From positions 36,146,001 through 36,210,000 of the forward strand of contig OZ004608.1 of the NCBI GenBank assembly GCA_963924565.1: 64,000 nucleotides of DNA, given 5' to 3'. Both the position numbers and the translations under genes were made by a program. The notes beneath the pieces are model-generated. The model saw only the letters and a program-made list of their open reading frames with translations. It did not search any database and had not been told where the DNA came from. Shown in pieces: positions 59,501 to 64,000 of the stretch. Source of the stretch: Ascidiella aspersa. Lineage: Eukaryota. How positions within the stretch are numbered: the stretch's first letter is position 1; each line of letters starts with the position of its first letter.

Positions 59501-61856
59501 ACTGAGTAAAACATTTACAGATTATTCGAGGCAGTGGAATACAAACCAATCAAGTAAAAAGTAAATTTGACTGAACAAAATAACATTAAATGCTGTTTTA
59601 TCAAAAGGTGCAAACTTCTGGGCTGGTATAGACATTTTTTTTCACTTATATCCAGATTATTATATTTTGTATTCAGGGGTGTATCCATATTTTTCGTCTG
59701 GGGTGCATAAAATGTTCAGGAATGATGTAACAAAGTTACGTCATAACGTGATGTACTAATACAATTATTCCCAAAAACAACTGTCCTGGGCGAACTCTTG
59801 CGCAAAATGTAGGTGAAAAGAAAGGTGTAGTGTATTGTAGATGCAATCATTAATATACATGTTGACTCTAACAAACACTCGCTCGGTACGCAAATTTGAA
59901 ATCACAGCCTTTTAGTGAATATACTATTGCTGCCAGGCATTGTTTCAATTCCAAAATTGTTCTTTCCATCAAAATTCATGTTTTGGTAAACCGATAAAGC
60001 ACTTAAGGACATTTCTAAAAAAATAAACAAAATATGCGTAACTCGCATGATTTTTCTTTTTTAGCCAAGCTAAACAAAACGGGTGTGATGCCTTATACTG
60101 TGTAATTTATACCCATATCGAGACCTTTGCTCTATTGAGCTACACAGGCTCATAGGGAGCAAGTCGAGAACCAACCTAAAATCTGTTGCCTGCATTCTGT
60201 TCGTAAAACTAACCTGTGGTGAGATTCGAACTCACAACCTCGGTCATATTTGGACCGTCGCTCAACCAACTAAGCTACACAGGCTCAGAGGGGAGCAAGT
60301 CGAGAAATAACCATAGCACCGTTGCCTGCTGCATCGTGTTTGTAAAACTAGCCTAAGGTGAGGTTCGAACTCACGACCTCCGATCATACCGGGACCGTCG
60401 CTCTACCAACTGAGCTAAACAGGCTCATATTGCAACAAGTCAAGAAACAACCATAGCACCGTTGCCTGCTACATCCTGTTCATACAGTAGCTCAGTTGGT
60501 AGAGCGGTATGACCGAAGGTCGTGAGTTCAAACCTCACCACAGGCTTGTGTTTCTAGCCTAACTTTCTTGTAGTATAACCCTGATGAGACTAACTGATCT
60601 AGGTAAGCCTCTTAGAAGGCATCCTGTTCACTTCTGTAACTACAGCAGTTTCGTTAAATATGGTTATTTTTACACACAAAAAAAGTTGCGATCTCTTACA
60701 GTTTTCAGTGGACGACAAAACCAAAACCTTAACAAACACGAAAAAAGCGTGTTAAAGTGTACTTACATGCGAAGATAAGTTTCCCGTAGTTGCTGACTAC
60801 TACGCCTTCATCACTTTTTACCACGCACTGGTAATCTCCTCCATCACTTGCTTGGGGCTGCGAGATCTGCAGAGTGCCACCGATCACTTTAAACCGGCTG
60901 TTTTCTGTGTTAAAAACATAGCGAGTGGCGCTTAGTTCTAAACATGGTGTGAAATACAGTTGAAACCCCCCAAAAAATTTGTGCTAAAATTACAAATAAA
61001 ATTGAATTTTTAGAACACAATTTTTTTTAGTAATTTGAATAAAAATACGAAAGCCAATATATTCTATAAAAACGAAATTGATGGATTAAAGAATTTTTGT
61101 TTATGTTTTATCCCCACAGTTTAGCTTTCTGCCAACAGAGGGTATTATTTTTATTTAAATATAAAAGTTTAGTAACTATTTTTCGCAATTGAACCCCGTT
61201 AGCTTATTTTACCAACCTCAAAAAGCTTAAAAAATTCCCTAAATATTTGCGTATGAAATTATAAAGCTACAAATAATAATTTCTTCTTCTGGCAAATAGT
61301 TCAGTAACCAGATGAGAAATGTGTTCTAATAAGATCACGCTCGAGAAAAATAATGTTTTCTAATAAGATCACGCCTGAGAGTTGCTTACACCCTCATTCA
61401 GAACTTAAGGCCCCTCTTAATTTAGATGGTCACTTGCAACAGTTATTTTGATTTGCGTTATTAAATACAGTTTGTTTCTGTCAATTAAACTTCGAAAAGT
61501 CCACAATTTACACCAAATAATATAAATCAAAAACAGATCCTCTGGTAATTTTAATTCTTTGCCAACGTTTCGGCAACCTGTTCAAGCCGCCTTCGGCTTT
61601 TCTTTCCATTTATTGTACGAGCGTTCAGTGTCATTACCCTGACGAAGGCGGCTTGAATAGGCAAAGAATTAAAATTACCAGAAGAGCTGTTTTTGATTTA
61701 TATTACGCCAAATAACTTTACCTGGTAGAGGCTGGTCATTCTTTCTCCACGAGTAGATCGGTGTATTTTCAAGCTTCGCTTTGCACTGGAAGGTTATCTG
61801 CGCCTTGGAGTCGAGAGGTACGACTTGGTCGCTTGGCTCGACCTCGAAAATTCCAG
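32501..61856 (-). CDS. CNTN: Contactin (GPI-anchored Ig-superfamily adhesion molecule, 6 Ig + 4 FnIII); signal-peptide exon not found in window
   Basis: 21 phase-compatible GT-AG exons: 61722-61856, 60767-60904, 52811-52906, 51646-51876, 49129-49225, 48267-48445, 45619-45903, 44766-44913, 44207-44334, 43548-43726, 42677-42773, 41622-41740, 40188-40368, 39363-39433, 38354-38530, 37373-37481, 36161-36270, 35722-35869, 34339-34502, 33694-33868, 32501-32601 (about 1020 aa). Ig DxGxYxC motifs are present, with the contactin-typical FN2 motif VSGGGGKPGQLVVTW. The C-terminus GTSSKYGGKATHLSLNVSLLFLICFTILKAWLN* is a GPI-type hydrophobic tail with no cytoplasmic domain. Confidence 0.93.
32784..33298. 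mobile_element. hAT (Charlie/Buster-like) MITE
   Basis: TIRs CAGTGGTTGTCAAACT / AGTTTGAGAACGACTG; perfect 8-bp TSD GGCTAAGC. Confidence 0.88.
36651..36859. mobile_element. Fold-back MITE with degenerate GGGTTA-like arms
   Basis: Long inverted repeat TGGCGGTGGTCTAGAATCC...GGATTCTAGACCAGCGCCA. Related copies lie at about 16629-16832 and 42394-42661. Confidence 0.7.
37599..37917. mobile_element. hAT (Charlie/Buster-like) MITE
   Basis: TIRs CAGGGTTTCTTAAACT / AGTTTAAGAACCCCTG, subterminal GGACCCC motifs, TSD ctttaaat/ctttacat. Confidence 0.82.
40410..41180. repeat. Composite inverted-repeat element containing two tRNA-derived units (40728-40792, 41052-41116)
   Basis: The arm GATCTAGC..CTGCTTATTGACCAACGATTACGGCTTACG occurs twice directly (about 40440, about 40620) and once inverted (about 40860-40930); another copy is at about 50445-50540. 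The internal units have A box TAGCTCAGTTGG and B box GTTCGAACC. Confidence 0.7.
42017..42169. pseudogene. 28S rRNA-derived insertion (two adjacent 28S segments, the 5' one inverted) in a contactin intron
   Basis: 42017-42132 is the reverse complement of conserved 28S CTGGGGCGGTACATCTGTCAAA..GCAGGTGTCCTAAG..AAAAGCTCGCTTGATTTTGATTTTCAGTA. 42132-42169 is the next 28S stretch in sense (GAATACAAACCGCGAAAGCGTGGCCTATCGATCCTTT). The insert is flanked by the direct repeat TTAATTGACTTA. Confidence 0.9.
42394..42661. mobile_element. Fold-back MITE with GGGTTA-like arms
   Basis: Ends GGCGCTCTTTCACTATTGTACGT / ACGTACAATAGTGAAAGAGCGGC; direct repeat CCAATTTC on both flanks. Confidence 0.8.
43217..43505 (+). 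repeat. AAGTC-pentamer-rich dispersed repeat (MITE-like), same family as 47850-48238 and about 53870-53985
   Basis: Begins AGTGTTGTGAACAAGTC and carries many AAGTC/CAAGT units. Confidence 0.6.
47242..47455. mobile_element. Old inverted repeat carrying two degenerate hammerhead ribozyme cores (Penelope-like pLTR relic)
   Basis: Plus arm TTGATGA-T-GCC-ttgttttgt-GGC-GGAA-TACATT; minus arm CTGATGC-T-GCC-ttattttgt-GAC-GAAA-TATATT. The arms pair over about 90 bp. Confidence 0.55.
47850..48238 (-). repeat. GACTT-pentamer tandem-rich repeat (MITE-like) ending ACAACACTG
   Basis: Dense GACTT/GGACTT units with roughly 30- and 65-bp higher-order repeats. Confidence 0.7.
49709..50027. mobile_element. 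hAT (Charlie/Buster-like) MITE
   Basis: TIRs CAGTAGTTCCCAAACT / AGTTTGGGAAGCACTG; perfect 8-bp TSD ATCTAGAC. Confidence 0.88.
52008..52180. mobile_element. Near-perfect inverted repeat (Penelope-like pLTR relic) containing a hammerhead ribozyme
   Basis: Arms about 52008-52082 and 52105-52180; flanking direct repeat TGACTGAAGTT at 52000-52010 and 52184-52194. Confidence 0.75.
52060..52103 (-). ncRNA. Minimal type-I hammerhead ribozyme motif
   Basis: Minus strand reads GATTAA-CTGAAGA-T-GATAC-aagctc-GTATC-GAAA-GG-TC-TTAATC. This gives a 6-bp stem I, the CUGANGA core, a 5-bp stem II, GAAA and a UC cleavage site. Confidence 0.8.
56255..59337 (+). repeat. Tandem duplication of about 1.53 kb (copies 56255-57786 and 57787-59337)
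   Basis: Both copies start TTCTTGCAAGAGATTGGACG and end CAAAAGCAAATA. They are near identical, with a few SNPs and small indels. Confidence 0.95.
60125..60560. repeat. Cluster of tRNA-derived repeats: about 140-bp tandem units on minus (one partial, two full) plus one inverted unit
   Basis: Cloverleaf-like units at 60212-60284 and 60351-60424 (minus) and 60488-60546 (plus), with pol III A/B boxes but non-canonical, variable anticodon loops. Confidence 0.75.
61518..61705. mobile_element. Inverted repeat (Penelope-like pLTR relic) with a hammerhead ribozyme split across the two arms
   Basis: Plus arm CC-CTGACGA-A-GGCGGCTTGAATAGGC (61637-61662); minus arm CGAAGGCGGCTTGAACAGGTTGCC-GAAA-CG-TT-GG (61595-61562). 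Flanks are acaccaaataa/acgccaaataa. Confidence 0.7.
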
Positions 61857-62926
61857 CTGCGGTGAAACACTGTGTTGTTAAATAAAGACCAAAGCAGACA
61901 AGACCGATATTTGGTAAATGCTGTAGTAGTTAAAATTATACACACCACTTGCCTGATGAGCGTTAGAAGTTCAGTTATCTCCAAGTTGTTATTAACCTGC
62001 TGTTTTTTACTTTATTTAACTTACAAGACCGATGGTTGACGAATTTGATACTAGTTAAATAATGCATACCGCTGGGTAAATAGTGATACTTCACTCTGAT
62101 AAGTAGAAATTTCGATATTTATTCTGATATCCGACATTTTAGCAAAAAAGTATCGCGGTCGGATCGGATACCTAATGACGTCATTACTATACTTAAACAA
62201 GCAAAATCGATAAATAACATTCAGCGGCAATTTTTTCAGGTTAGGGCTAACTTTGCCTGAGCGTTAAAAGTTCGGTTACATGTAGTTGTTAAATTTACCC
62301 TTTTATCAGTTTACCTTTTAAGTATAAATAACTATTTCGGGCGCAACCTATGGAAAAAACTACTGTGTTAATTTGCTATCAGATCGGCCCTGATACCATC
62401 GTAATATCGGGCGAGTAACGATACTACCACTTGGTATCGAGTATCGGTACCGATTCAATATTATCGGACATCGAGTATCGGCACCGATCCGACATTATTG
62501 GACATGCCTACTGGTATGTAGTATTAGTAAACGAAAACTTTTGATTCACGGCTGTGCAATTTACACGTTTTTGAGGTTCATTTATAGACCACGTTTTTTG
62601 TTACACAAATTTAGCTCCGGCACACGGCAATGCCCGACTTCTGTTTTAGGTTTGTTTGTATACCGTTGTAAATTCGGCTTATAGCGAGATGACTAAACTC
62701 CGCATTATACATATATTATACGTGTTTTTCTGGAATCTTTATGTTGTTTTTTTATATTGATTGATAAACCAGTTTCTGTTTGGCTAAAACTTTCCTTGTT
62801 TAAAGCCCAAACAGACAGGTATTGGGATTTATATAAAGTTTTCAATTTTTCTGTATTCGTCTCGTAACTATATAAAGTTGATAAAACATATTTTTTGATT
62901 GCAAGTGCAAAATATACTAACTAAAG

Positions 62927-63216
62927 CAGGGATGTCCAACCTGCGGCCCGTCTGAAATTTTTGTGCGGCCCGCTAGTCATTTTCACTCCCAAGTAGTATT
63001 TTAAACGTTCAATATTAGCCTAATTAAAATGTACCAGTCAGCTTTTAGGGGCGCACTAATAGTATAGTATGGGTAAAAAAATATATATATAACTCAAAAG
63101 ACCCGTGATAACTCTAAAGAGCAATACTTAATCTTGAAACGTAATAGGTTATGTGGCCCATTAAATTATTTCAAATGTTAATGCGGCCCACTATAATAAA
63201 ATGTTGGACATCCCTG
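62927..63216. mobile_element. hAT (Charlie/Buster-like) MITE
   Basis: TIRs CAGGGATGTCCAAC / GTTGGACATCCCTG, subterminal GCGGCCC motifs, degenerate TSD aactaaag/acctaaac. Confidence 0.8.
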
Positions 63217-64000
63217 ACCTAAACCATGAAAAAAGAGCCATTTAGTCCAAAACATTTGCAGGTCTAAAATAGTTGGATGATATTTATGGATGAGGTTCAT
63301 AATAAAGCCGTCCTGTATTGACTTCGTTTTGGTCGTGCAAATATTGCCCCTTTGTGACATACAGGTACGAAGCAATGAAAAGTATTTTCAATTGGTATGT
63401 AACCCTTGTTCCACTCGAGTTAGCTGGTTCGCAAATTCAAAATATGCATAAACCGAAGCTAACTCGAAATGTGTTATTCTTGGTTCTTTGCCACGAGATT
63501 AGTTTCATGATGTTATCTTCACGCGCATTCATTATTTATCCGGCACTAAAAGGCAGCAGTGGATTGCAAAATGCACGCTCTCTGCGTCTTGTAATTTAGA
63601 CGAACGAGCGTTTGTCAAATTGACTCTTGCCAATCGAACTTGATGACAATGACGTAAATACACAAATTACCTCGTTGTTTTCCTTTTAACATTGCCTTAA
63701 TACGACCAAGGCCCTAAATCGATATAACACTTTCATTTTCGCTTATTCTTATCGATGCTGATATTATATTTTGCTTGTTTATGCCTTATTGCGCAACTAA
63801 CGAAAATTATGTAATATCGTGCTAGGCCGCTTTCTGCAATTAAAGCCGCTAGGGTTGGGATAAATTAAAAAAACATGTATGCCAGAATATAGAAGGGGTA
63901 GTGGTCGGTTAATGACTGTTTTTAATGAGATTTACAACGAATTTTCGTGCTAATTGTAATTTCGTCTGTCAATTCCACCTCGAATTGTTGAAATTCGAAG

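Noticed and set aside
60212-60424. Functional tRNA genes
   Set aside because: No U33, anticodon loops differ between copies, there is an extra base before the anticodon stem, and the units are embedded in dispersed repeats.

Overview
Eukaryotic, AT-rich, intron-rich genomic DNA. The compact introns, abundant TGACGTCA motifs and dense MITEs suggest an ascidian/tunicate-type invertebrate chordate; this is inference and the species cannot be named. Genes reconstructed by hand from splice sites: (1) two tandem BTB-BACK-Kelch paralogues on the minus strand, copy 1 running off the left edge and copy 2 carrying a frameshift, an in-frame stop, a GC donor and an intronic, internally deleted Ty3/Gypsy LTR element with a perfect tRNA-Pro primer-binding site; (2) a complete 15-coding-exon SLC26 (SulP+STAS) anion exchanger on the plus strand, about 761 aa; (3) a contactin (6 Ig + 4 FnIII + GPI signal) on the minus strand, 21 exons found, signal-peptide exon not found. 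There is an assembly gap at 5686-6390. The most striking non-genic signal is in the contactin introns: three sequence-distinct inverted-repeat insertions each carry a minimal type-I hammerhead ribozyme core of the Penelope-like-element kind, two with about 11-bp target-site duplications. The same introns hold a 28S rRNA fragment inserted with a twin-priming-type inversion and a 12-bp TSD, plus tandem tRNA-cloverleaf repeats. All coordinates were read by eye.
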